DNA from: Chlorokybus atmophyticus
Lineage: Eukaryota; Plantae; Mesostigma and Chlorokybus algae
Direction of reading: 5' to 3'
Length of the DNA stretch: 64,000 nucleotides
NCBI GenBank assembly: GCA_009103225.1
Contig: RHPI01001052.1
Span: 1 to 64,000 of the forward strand
Positions 11,086-21,740 of the stretch are shown here, in pieces. How positions within the stretch are numbered: the first letter of the stretch is position 1; every line of letters starts with the position of its first letter. A program made the translations under genes and the position numbers. The notes below the pieces were generated by a model that saw nothing but the letters and a program-made list of their open reading frames with translations, was not told the origin of the DNA and searched no databases.

Positions 11086-11207
11086 AAGGGTGCTGGCAGA
11101 CATCTTTACCGCTTCGGCCCTGGTTCTCTCACTGCTTTCGTTTTGTGACTCGTGATGGGGCTTTGCTAACCCTTCAATGAGGACATTGAAACCTAAGTGG
11201 GGGGGAA

Positions 11208-11546
11208 TGTAACGGTGTGCTACCTCCATAGAGGTTCCCCGCCCTTATTTAGGATTAAATAAGGGTCCCAACGGGATTATACAGCCTATTAAGCCTTATT
11301 AAGGCCGTTAACCTAGTGTTAAGGCCCTAATGTAGTGTTACTTAACTATAACACTGATATCGACATGAGACATGAGTCTCATGTCGATATCAGCTGCATG
11401 GCGGCGCTGCTAACGCAGCGGCCGCCATAGCCAGAGCATCTTTTGCTCTGGCAACTGCCCCGGCAGTGGCGGCGGCGGCGGCGAGGCTGGTGGTGGTGTT
11501 GGGGTAGGGGATTAAAGGGAGGAGGGGCACACCCTCTCTCCTGACA
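11208..11546 (+). repeat. 3' LTR of A1
   Basis: Preceded by PPT AAGTGGGGGGGAA and followed by TSD CCGTG. Confidence 0.97.
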
Positions 11547-12030
11547 CCGTGACCCCAAGTTTGTGAGCCAGTTCTGGCAGGCTGTTTGCCGGTACTTGGG
11601 GACTAAGCAGAGCTTGAGCACTGCTTACCATCCACAGAGTGACGGACAGACGGAGCGCGTCAATCAGGTGTTGGAAGATGTGCTACGCCATCACACGTCA
11701 CCCATATTTGGATGATCACACGTCACCCACTGTGAGGCCTTGTTTGAGGATGAGCTCAAATCCACAGGTGCCACTTGAGAGCGTGTGCTCAGAGCTACTA
11801 GTGCTCATCCTGTAGGAGCATGTGCACATGCCCACAGCATCTTCATGTGACATACCAACACCGCATGCACTGGTACACAGTATCAGAGTTGGCTGTCACT
11901 CTCACGACTTGCACTACTTTCACGTGAAGCACTGCCACTCAGTTAGGCCTGGCCAGCCTGGCTGCGGTTTGTGCGGGACTAGTGTCCCACCCTTTTGCAA
12001 CACGGTCGTTGCAATGCAAGTGGGGAGGAA

Positions 12031-12996
12031 TGTCACGCCCACAGGGCAGGCAAAAGTCATTCTCTGTCCCTTACTTATGTGGTAAGTAAGATGAGACCAA
12101 GTGGGGACCCACACTACGCAAGCGTGTGTAGTGCTTGTGGGTGTGCTCTCATGTAGGTCTGCTCTAGAGCCTGTGCGGCCTTGAGCATGATGAACTACAC
12201 AAGGCATGATGGCAAGCACAGGGCTGATCATAGCCGATGAGACATCATGTGATGTACAGAGACATATGTGTGCATATGTCCGCATGTGTATGCATGTGTT
12301 TGCATATGTGTGCACATGTACGCATATGAGCGCATATGCGTGCATGAGAGGTATGTACTAGATGTATGCATAAGGATGCATATGTATGCATGAGTATGAT
12401 GTCCTAGGCTGATGTGACCAGCCAAGGACGTTCACAACGTCCAAGGATGATGTGTGTGATGTCCTAGGCTGATGTGACCAGCCTAGGGACGTTTACAATG
12501 TCCGAGGCTGATGTGTGATCAGTCTTGGGCGTTGAAAGAGGTCCAAGGGCTGATGTGGCAGCCCTAGACATGAGTTGTGGTCAACGCAGCCATGACAAGG
12601 CATGTAGCCTTGGACTTGGATGTTCTAGGTCGGAGAGCAGCAAAGAGAGGGTATATGAACGGCCTCAACATGTGTTGAGGCAGATCAGCATGTGCATACT
12701 CAACTCTTGTGTGTGGGGTGCCTAGTTTAGTTGTTCAAGGGGCTCTCCCTCTCATCCCATGTGGGTGTGATGTCCGTGGCAGCTTTGCACATGTGTGTGA
12801 GGTGTGCTTGAGTGTGTGAGTGTGTGGGAGCTGAGTAGAGAGGTTGGTGTCATCCTCTCCTTCCTTGGTGCGGTGCTGTGACTTCCTCTGCAAGGTACTG
12901 CACCAGTGACGCTGGTAGGGCTTCCAGTAGTAAGTCCTTGTGCTTGTGCATATGTTTGCCAAGCCGCCCAGCAAGTAAGTGAGTGGTATCGTTACA
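12031..12996 (+). repeat. 3' LTR of element B (966 bp; internal tandem repeats and CA/TG-rich tracts)
   Basis: Starts TGTCAC directly after the PPT. The right 357 bp match 141-498. TGATGTCCTAGGCTGATGTGACCAGCC is repeated at about 12397-12483. Confidence 0.88.
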
Positions 12997-13314
12997 TAGG
13001 GCAACTGGAATAATCGGTTGCCCAACAAATTAGGGCGCTGCCTGTACGGGTGAGGCGCTGCCTTCCTTGCTGCTCATCGAGCAGCAATAGTTGATGCTCC
13101 AGTAAGGAGCGGCAATGGAGGCGATTGATCAAGGACCCTTACACGCGGTACCTGACAAGGGCTTTTCCCTTATTTACCTTGATCATTTTATATGACCTTA
13201 ATGGGTCAATTATATGCCAAGCTCCATTGTTTCCTCGCTTTATGCTTAATTAAGACCCTTATATGAGTCTTATTTAAGTTATGAATCCCAACGGATGATA
13301 TCCGCGATTGTCAC

Positions 13315-13840
13315 TGTAACAGCACCACCGTCGCCGGTGATGCCCCTTCAATCCTCTACCCCAACACCCACACCGCCTATGACAAGCCTTTCAACGGCGT
13401 GGCCGCCACTGAGCAGAGAACTGAAAGTCCCCACATCAGATTGATGTGACCTTTTATATCAAGAGTATATCAACTATATACCTCTCGATAATTAACTCAC
13501 AACTGGACATCGACCCTACAGATAGGGTAGTTAGGAAATCTAGCGTGAGCCAATCACAGCTCAGATAAGGTACCTATCAATAAGGTACCTATCCAAAGAT
13601 ACCTATCGTAAGGTACCTAACGAGATAGTGATCACATTATATCAAATGTGACACTAAATAGGCTTGAATAAGCGGTTCTACACCCATTGCGACTTATTTA
13701 AGCTATGATAAAGCATTATAGCCTTTAATAAGCGAGGAACCGTAGAAAAGAGGTATAAATAAGCATATTTAAATACTTATTCATACAAAATGTGTTATTT
13801 AGGTAGCAATAATACCCCTATTATTATTGCTCCCGTTACA
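13315..13840 (-). repeat. 3' LTR of C
   Basis: Direct repeat of 19809-20334, adjacent to the PPT complement TTCCCCCCCACTT. Confidence 0.95.
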
Positions 13841-13987
13841 TTCCCCCCCACTTAGGTTTTCAACGTCCTCGTTGAACTCAAGTTGATCAGGCTTGACTTC
13901 GAGTGATTGTAACCAGTGAGATAGCAGGAAATGACAGGGTGGTAATGAAACTGCACTGCTCGTCTGTCATAAAACCAAGCCCACAGT

Positions 13988-16900
13988 TTATGGGACAGGA
14001 CATGAATCCCAATAAGCTCGAAGCAACTCGCGGCAGTGCGTAAGATGCATGTCGGGCTCCCAACTGTTATGTTCCGGGCCATACCCTTTCCATTTCACCA
14101 AATAGCGAGTTGCGCGTCCTCGACCATTTAGCTTATGGTTCAATATAGCTTCCACCTCGTATTCGAGCTCGCTGTCCACCTCAACGGGTTATGGTGGAGG
14201 CTGTGTTCTACCGTCTGAGCGGTAAGGTTTCAACAAGTTTACATGAAACACGTTGTGTATACGCACACTTGGGGGCAATTGCAGTCGATAAGCGTGCGTA
14301 CCAACTCTATCAGTGATAGAGAAAGGACCTAACCATCGGGGCAGCAACTTGCGAGCACCCGTACCTTTGATGGTTATGTTTTTTGCATTAAGCAAAACTT
14401 TATCGCTGACATCGAAAGTGGCCATTTTTCGATGTGTATCAGCATAAGCTTTTTGCCTGTCCTGTGCTTCTGACAGACACAGCTTGGCTCGAGCCAAATT
14501 TTCTTGCATATTAGTGGCAAATTCCTTTGCCGCTGGCACAGTCACGGCATGGCGAGGTACACGCAATGACGCTGGTGTGTTTGGGCGAATCCCATAATTC
14601 AAGAAAAATGGGGTTTCCTTTACACTTTCTTGCCACGCGTTGTTCACAGCGAACTCTGCCATTGACAAGTACCTGTCCCAATCAGCATGATTGGGAGCCA
14701 CATAGTGGCGAAGCATTTCTTCCAGTATTTGATTTGCTCTCTCAGTTTGACCGTCCGTTTGCGGGTGGAAAGCAGTCGACATGCTTTGTTTTACCCCCAA
14801 CAATTCACAGACTTGTCGCCAAAATTTGGAGACAAAACGAGGATCACGATCTGTGACAAGTTCACGTGGTATACCGTGAACGCGAAAGATTGTGGACACA
14901 AATAAGTGTGCCAAGTCCCGTGCACTTACAGTTGTGCAACACGGGGCAAAATGCACCATTTTAGTCAAACGGTCGACAAAAACCACAATAGCAGTGTGTT
15001 TAGCTGGTGTTTCAGGTAGGTCAGTAATCAAATCCATACTGACACTATCCCACTTTTGTTCTGGAATTGCCAATGGTTTAAGCAATCCCGCTTGTTTTTG
15101 TCGTAGTGGCTTATTACGTTGACACACGTCACATGTGCGAACATATTGATCCACGTCAGCTGACATTGACGGCCACCAGTATAACTGTTGCGCAGATTTG
15201 AGTGTTTTGTGTTTCCCCAAATGCCCAGCATACGGCGGGTCATGCACTGAATGTAAGCATTGCTTACGCAAGTCGCCCGAGTTGGGAATTGCCAACTGCT
15301 CCCCTTTATACCACAGATTGCTAACAGCAGTAAGCTGTTGCAAGTTGGTTTGACTGCTAAACCAAACATCTGAGTTATAACCTGCGGACACTTCCTTTAA
15401 GAAAGGATCTTCAGGCTGTTGTACATTACGCGTACTTCGAGAGCGCGTAAGTGCCAAAAGAGCAGGGCTGCGACTTAGTGGATCCGCCACATTGGTGCGA
15501 CCCGGACGGTATTGCCAAGTGAAAGTGAAACGAGAAATGAATTCATTCCACCTAGCTTGCCGCCTCGACAGATTTTGTTGCGTATGAAAGAATGTGAGCG
15601 GGTTGTGATCAGTAATCACTGAAAACTCCACCCCTTCCAAGTAGCAACGCCATGTGCGCAGCGCGTGCACCACCCCGAGCAATTCCTGCTCAGTGGTTGT
15701 GTAATTACGTTCAGCAGGAATGAACTTTCTGCTTTCATATGCACATGGTCTGTCATCTTGTAGAAGGACTGCCCCACACCCAATGGTGGAAGCATCACTG
15801 ATCACCACAAAAGGCTTGGTGTGGTCGGGGAAGGCTAACACAGGGGCTTGTGTTAATGCATCTTTAATGCGTGTAAAAGCAACCTCGTGTGCCTCCGTCC
15901 ACACAAATTTAACATCTTTTCTTAGTAAAGATGTTAAAGGGTTTGCCATGCCAGAATATGCTCGCATGAACTTGCGGAAATAATTGGCTAGCCCCAAGAA
16001 AGCACGTAACTGATGTACATCCTTGGGTGGTGGCCAATCCTTTACCGCACACACCTTCTGAGGATCTGGTTTCAATCCTTCTTTGCCAATCACATGCCCT
16101 AAAAAGGGTAGTTCATCCTTTGCAAAGTTGCATTTGGACAGGTTGGCATAGAATTTGTGTTCGCGTAATCTAGCTAGAACCAATTCCACATGTTTGTGGT
16201 GGTCCTCCCGGGTTTTGCTGAACACAATAATGTCGTCTAGATATACCAGTACAAACTTGTACAATTCATCAGCAAATACCGCGTTCATTGCTGTCTGAAA
16301 TGTAGCCGGTGCATTTGTTAACCCAAATGGTAACACTTTATACTCAAAGTGTCCTAGTGGGGTGCGAAATGCAGTTTTTTGTATATCCGACGGGTGGATT
16401 TTGATTTGATGATAACCACTGGTCAAATCCAGCGTGCTGAACACTGTTGCACCTGACAGCTTATCAAACAAATCATCAATCCGAGGCAAAGGGTATCTGT
16501 TTTTCACAGTGACCTTGTTCAACGCACGGTAATCAATACACATGCGTAGCTTGCCATTCTTTTTGGGCACAAACAAAATTGGTGCACCAAAAGGAGATAT
16601 GCTCTTTGTTATTAAACCTTTGTCCAATAACTCTTTGAGCTGTTTTTCCATCTCCGCGTGTTCTAAGGGACTTAGCCTGTATATAGGCCGCCAAGGTGGC
16701 TTTGCCCCCTCCTCTAACGGAATGGTATGATGTATGTTTCGATCGGGAGGCAACTCTGGGAGTTCATCCTGAAATACATCTGCGTATTGTTCCGTAAGTG
16801 ACTGCACCACAGGGTCACTGATAGCCTGTTCAGCAGGTGTTTCCACCTGTCGTAAGTGCAGTAAGTATACTTCCTCACGTTTACGCATGCAACGTTTCAA

Positions 16901-17717
16901 TTGCATAGCAGAGAGGAGCGGAACATTATCGCGAGGTATACGTGCGAGTACAGATGCTGTTAAAGTCATCCTACGTTTCCCTTTACGAAGGGTGCACGTA
17001 TTGGCTCGAGAGTCTAATTGTAAACCTGCTTCAGTGTGCCATTGTTCCCCTAAAACAACATCCACCCCGGGGATACCAATATCCACCACGATGAAGGCTG
17101 GTCGGGTTATATGGCCATTAATAACAAAACGCCCTTTTACCTCTCCCATTGCATTGAGAGTGGAACCAGCAGCACGTACATATGACGTGACTGGTGTGAA
17201 AGGAATGTTATTACGTTTCACCCAAGCATGTTCAACAAAGTTATGGTTTGCACCAGTATCAATCAATGCTGTACATGGTGTACCCATAAGTTGACTCTCA
17301 AATCTCCATTTGAGTGGCACTGAGTGACCATCAAATGTAGCTAATGTCGGAGTGCCGTGATTGGTAGCAGACTTGATAAAGATCACTTGCAACGGTGAAG
17401 CTCCTGTATCTTTGCGTGTGAGTTGCATGATTACTTCTCCCCCTTTCAATCGCGACCACGGGCCATGATATCGAGGGATAACTACACATGCAGTGACAGC
17501 ATGTTGTAATTGCAACTTGTGTAAGTGCTTAACAGCAGTTACTAATTCAGAGAATGGAACATTGATTAAAAACACAACCGTTTGCATTTCTGAACACATG
17601 TGGTGTGCTCATATCAGTCCATACATCTGATACATCACAAAGAGAGGAAACTTTATCAAGAAGTACAGAGTTTTTAAAGTCGTTCTGCTCGACTAGGCTA
17701 CCAACCACGGACAATTC
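13988..17717 (-). CDS. pol: Pol of C (PR, RT, RH, IN, chromodomain) with two lesions
   Basis: LIDTGA, YLDDI, integrase and chromodomain motifs. One extra base in the A5 run at 17568-17572, and an in-frame TAA at 14189-14191 just before the chromodomain. Confidence 0.92.
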
Positions 17718-18893
17718 CTATTTCTTCTCTCTCCGCTGCTTGGCCTTCTGTGCATTCTGTTTTACATAGCACTTAGCCTCCCCATGACCTGTCTTCTTGC
17801 AGAAACTGCAAGTGATGATGGATTTGGCCGCATTGTAGGGGCCAGCAGGATGAAATGGTTTCGCCTTTTTCACAAAAGGTTTGTTGTCAGTGGCCGGGCG
17901 CTTTGCAGCTGAAACCGGGGCTACCTCCTTTGCCGTGGTTTGCATGTTGGCGTGAGAGCGCTTTACACTGTCCACAGCAGCAACCATTTGCATCAGCATT
18001 AGTAACTCCGTCGAGGCCCACTCTTGCAAACTCGCGGGGTTGACGGCCACATGCTGCACGAGACGAGTGTCCAAGCCACGTCTGAACATATCCAGCTGAT
18101 CAGCATCACTGATAGGTAGTTTGCCAGCATTAATCTTGCTGACAAACGACTGAAAATCCTGGATATACCGCTGAACCGGACGTCCGTTCTGATGCAGGTT
18201 GTGCAGCTGGTTGCGAGCAACCTGGGCAGAATCTGCGCCACCATAGCGCTGCTCCATGAAAAAGCACAATTGATTTACTTCCCGCCCGAGGTTTGTATCA
18301 CGTTGCTTACGGCGGTACCACTCTGCTAGAGCATCGTTTGGGATCAGCAACTCAGCCACACGCAATTCCCCCTCCTCAGAAATGTGAGGGGAGTTGACAT
18401 ACTGTCGCAACTTCACAAGCCAGTCGAAGATGGCCGCTTGCTTGTAGGGAACAAACTCGGCAGGACGAGCAAGTGCTTGAACAGGTGGACCACCGTCAGC
18501 ACGTTGAAGACGCTCGATCATATTCAGAACACGTTTACCTTCACCCATCTGCCCCTCCCAATCTCGCCCCATAAAGGTGGTGAGCTTTGAAACTTTTTCT
18601 GCCAATAGGAAGAGAAAGTTCGCGAATGAGACAATTGCCTCACGAGGGTCCTGATCATGGGTGCTAAGGAAATGCTCCATCAAGTCCTGCTGTGTCATGC
18701 GAATAGAAAACTCAGGGAATATAGAAAGTGATCTATCATCCACTGAAGCTTCCGCAGCTTTAGCAGCTTGAGACTCATCAGGTGCATCATCCGGATTCGG
18801 AATATCTTTAATGGATGGAAATTCCTCCTCACGGGAAGGTTGCTCTTTTTCCGAGCTCTCCCCTTTTGAGGTGGGCACCGAGTTTTCTTCCAT
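17718..18893 (-). CDS. gag: Gag of C
   Basis: 391-aa ORF, homologous to A1 gag (ARNQLHNLHQNGR). CCHC knuckle CSFCKKTGHGEAKC. Ends in TAG. Confidence 0.92.
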   Translation of the reverse strand: MEENSVPTSKGESSEKEQPSREEEFPSIKDIPNPDDAPDESQAAKAAEASVDDRSLSIFPEFSIRMTQQDLMEHFLSTHDQDPREAIVSFANFLFLLAEKVSKLTTFMGRDWEGQMGEGKRVLNMIERLQRADGGPPVQALARPAEFVPYKQAAIFDWLVKLRQYVNSPHISEEGELRVAELLIPNDALAEWYRRKQRDTNLGREVNQLCFFMEQRYGGADSAQVARNQLHNLHQNGRPVQRYIQDFQSFVSKINAGKLPISDADQLDMFRRGLDTRLVQHVAVNPASLQEWASTELLMLMQMVAAVDSVKRSHANMQTTAKEVAPVSAAKRPATDNKPFVKKAKPFHPAGPYNAAKSIITCSFCKKTGHGEAKCYVKQNAQKAKQRREKK

Positions 18894-19808
18894 TTGTCTG
18901 CAAAACAGGCAGAATGGGATGGTGAGAACATCACCAATGGACCAGGTTCAACGAGAAGATCAGAATGACCCCAAGTTGTAAAAGTCCCAAACAGAGTCCA
19001 CACCAGTCCCAAATTAAGGAAGGTTGGATCAGGAGTGTCACCAAACAGAACAAGTCTGAGTGGGACCAGAATGTCCTAACCCTGTGTTGTCCTCAACCAA
19101 GTCCCAATCTCCAGGCCGAAGCCAGAGGGGGAGGGTTTCAGACTAACAGGGTTTTGGAACAGATTGTCCTAGAACCTCCCCACAACTGTCCCAACCAAGT
19201 CCCGATCTTCAGGCCGAAGCCAGAGGGGGAGGGTTTGGGAACAGTTTGGTTTGGAACTTACGAACCCGGGTCCAACGACCCGGCAAAGCCGCTGGCAGGT
19301 CACAGGTACGTCATAGACATGCAACAGGCAAGCCACAGGCATGCAACAGGCAAGCCGTACGGTGACTAACTGTGACATGCACTGGCAAGCACAATGACAA
19401 GCAATCACCGCATGCAATGACAGTGCACTAAGTGTGACAAACAGTGATGGCACACTAGTAAGCCGCAATCACCGCATGCAATGACAGGCAATCACTGCAA
19501 GCAATGATAGTGCACTGGCAAGCCACTGTGTGATGTGCATGAAAGTACACACGTGCACCTGGCAAGCACCTGGCAAGCACCTGGCAAGCAGGCAAGCAGG
19601 CAAGTCACCGACGTGTGATGGTACCTCACACGTGGAGAGGCCGCCTCTTCGATAGGTGGCTTCGACGTGGAGGTAGCGCAGGGAAGCGAACTTGAAGCTT
19701 GGGCTGCGTGGACGAATGGGAGGCCGCCGACGACGCCTTCTGATTGGCCGAAAGCAGGTCGCCGCCCCCTATAAGTACCCACGTCAACCCCCAGCTCCCC
19801 GATACCAA

Positions 19809-20334
19809 TGTAACAGCACCACCGTCGCCGGTGATGCCCCTTCAATCCTCTACCCCAACACCCACACCGCCTATGACAAGCCTTTCAACGGCGTGGCCGC
19901 CACTGAGCAGAGAACTGAAAGTCCTCACATCAGATTGATGTGACCTTTTATATCAAGAGTATATCAACTATATACCTCTCGATAATTAACTCACAACTAG
20001 ACATCGACCCTACAGATAGGGTAGTTAGGAAATCTAGCGTGAGCCAATCACAGCTCAGATAAGGTACCTATCGATAAGGTACCTATCCAAAGATACCTAT
20101 CGTAAGGTACCTAACGAGATAGTGATCACATTATATCAAATGTGACACTAAATAGGCTTGAATAAGCGGTTCTACACCCATTGGGACTTATTTAAGCTAT
20201 GATAAAGCATTATAGCCTTTAATAAGCGAGGAACCGTAGAAAAGAGGTATAAATAAGCATATTTAAATACTTATTCATACAAAATGTGTTATTTAGGTAG
20301 CAATAATACCCCTATTATTATTGCTCCCGTAACA
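19809..20334 (-). repeat. 5' LTR of C
   Basis: Direct repeat of 13315-13840. PBS TGGTATCGGGGAGC follows on the minus strand. Confidence 0.95.
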
Positions 20335-20345
20335 GTTACCCTAAT

Positions 20346-20839
20346 TGTAACGGTGTGCTACCTCCATAGAGGTTCCCTGCCCTTATTTAGGATTAAATAA
20401 GAGTCCCAACGGGATTATACAGCCTATCAAGCCATATTAGGGCCGTTAACCTTTGTTAAGGCCCTTATGTGGTGTTACTTATCTGTAACACTGATATCGA
20501 CATGAGACATGAGTCTCATGTCTATATCAGCCGCATGGCGGCGCTGCTAACGCGGCCGTTAGCCTTTGTTTAGGGTCGTTAACCGTTGTTAAGGCCCTTA
20601 TGTGGTGTTACTTATCTGTAACACTGATATCGACATGAGACATGAGTCTCATGTCTATATCAGCCGCATGGCGGCGCTGCGGCTGATATATATATATATA
20701 TATATATGCGGCCGCCATAGCCAGGGCATCTTCTGCTTCGGCAGTTATCCCTGGCGGCGGCGGCGTGGGCGACGAAGTTGGTGGTGGTGTTGGGGTAGGG
20801 GATTAAAGGGAGGAGGGAGCACCCCCCCCTCTCCTTACA
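20346..20839 (+). repeat. Solo LTR of the A family with an internal ~133-bp duplication and an (AT)n tract
   Basis: TGTAACGG...CCTTACA with TSD CTAAT on both sides. Confidence 0.93.
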
Positions 20840-21740
20840 CTAATTGGTTGAAGAGAGATCAACATAACTGGTCAAAGCTATGGCTGATAGTGAGTGGGGG
20901 AACGGGGGTTATTGACACGACAGTAACGGCGGCGGCATGGGTAGGGTCGTTGGCGTGGGTGTTGGGGTAGAAGATCACAGGGGGAATTGGCATTTCTCCC
21001 TTTACATTTGGTATCGGAGCAAGGTCCTCCTTGTGGTTGGGCCTTATTGTTATTCATTGTGGTAGAGCAACGCCGCCAGCAAGCCACCAGGCCGCTAGCA
21101 GTGCCGCCGTTCACATCCTCCAGGCCAGAAGCCTGGCAAGCCACCCACTGCGCAGCCTACTGTTTAACCTCCTACGACGCAACCTGCCTCGCAGCAGGTA
21201 CCATCATAGCGGCCGCCGGACCGACTGCCGCGCGCGTCAGTTCCTGCCCCCTGCGGTCGACCGCCGCCAGGTCAGCGGCAACCAAAGTCTGGCAAGTCGC
21301 TGCGACCAGCCAGACTTTTAACCTAAACAAGTAGATCATTAGCTTGCATAGGTTGTTTTGTGCTAATCTGGCCCATCTTCCTTGTGGAGAGGTGGATGTG
21401 CGTGAGTGTTTGCTGGCTCGCGTGCATTGTGTGCGTATCTGTGCACAATTAATAGCAAAGAGAGCCTCCCAAGATAATCCTCTTATTAATTGAGGGAGCC
21501 TCTCGGATATTCCTCCGCATTGCAGTAGAGCACTTAGTCATTAAATTGCTTTGCTTTGCATCGCAATAAGTGCCAACACTCACTCATACGTTAACACCAT
21601 TCTTTGAGTAGCATTACACTCAATTATACAACACGAGCAGCCCCAGGCATAAGACTTGTTATTGGTTATTGTTGCAAGCTTTGCTCAACTCTTTTTGCTT
21701 ACACAGCTTTGTTCTTACAAGATGTATTGTTATGTTTAGA

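Larger units (their letters stand above)
4688..11546 (+). mobile_element. Intact, young chromovirus-type Ty3/Gypsy element 'A1'
   Basis: TG...CA LTRs at 4688-5019 and 11208-11546 (2 substitutions plus a 7-bp indel). TSD CCGTG, PBS 5021-5032, PPT 11195-11207, uninterrupted gag and pol ORFs. Confidence 0.97.
854..11700 (+). pseudogene. Disrupted gag-pol of element B (pieces about 854-1234, 2607-4687, 11547-11700)
   Basis: Removing E restores PERDV|WHTIPLESDAQPPFRPVYRL. Removing A1 restores integrase SDR|DPKFVSQFW...[16 protein letters not shown]. Frameshift near 3308-3320, stops at 3764 and 4130. Most of gag/protease and the integrase C-terminus are missing. Confidence 0.85.
141..12996 (+). 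mobile_element. Ty3/Gypsy LTR retrotransposon 'B', internally deleted, host to nested elements E and A1
   Basis: 141-498 matches 12640-12996 (about 4-5 differences) and both end ...ATCGTTACA. Degenerate PBS TGGACTCGGAGC at 500-511, PPT AAGTGGGGAGGAA at 12018-12030. RT (LRMCVDYRALN, CLDDIL), RNase H and integrase fragments lie between. Confidence 0.9.
13315..20334 (-). mobile_element. Near-intact chromovirus-type Ty3/Gypsy element 'C'
   Basis: 526-bp LTRs at 13315-13840 and 19809-20334 (about 5 substitutions). TSD GTCAC/GTTAC, PBS complement 19794-19807, PPT complement from 13841. Confidence 0.95.

Noticed and set aside
7941-11229. Numerous antisense and overlapping ORFs across the pol genes (also in B, C and D)
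   Set aside because: They are shadows of conserved pol codon structure and show no independent motifs.
17560-17610. Programmed +1 frameshift at the start of C pol
   Set aside because: Removing one base from the T5 run restores exact collinearity with A1 (ANGCV-LINVPF versus ANTCV-LVHVKF), and A1 and D have no shift. It is best explained as an indel or a sequencing error.
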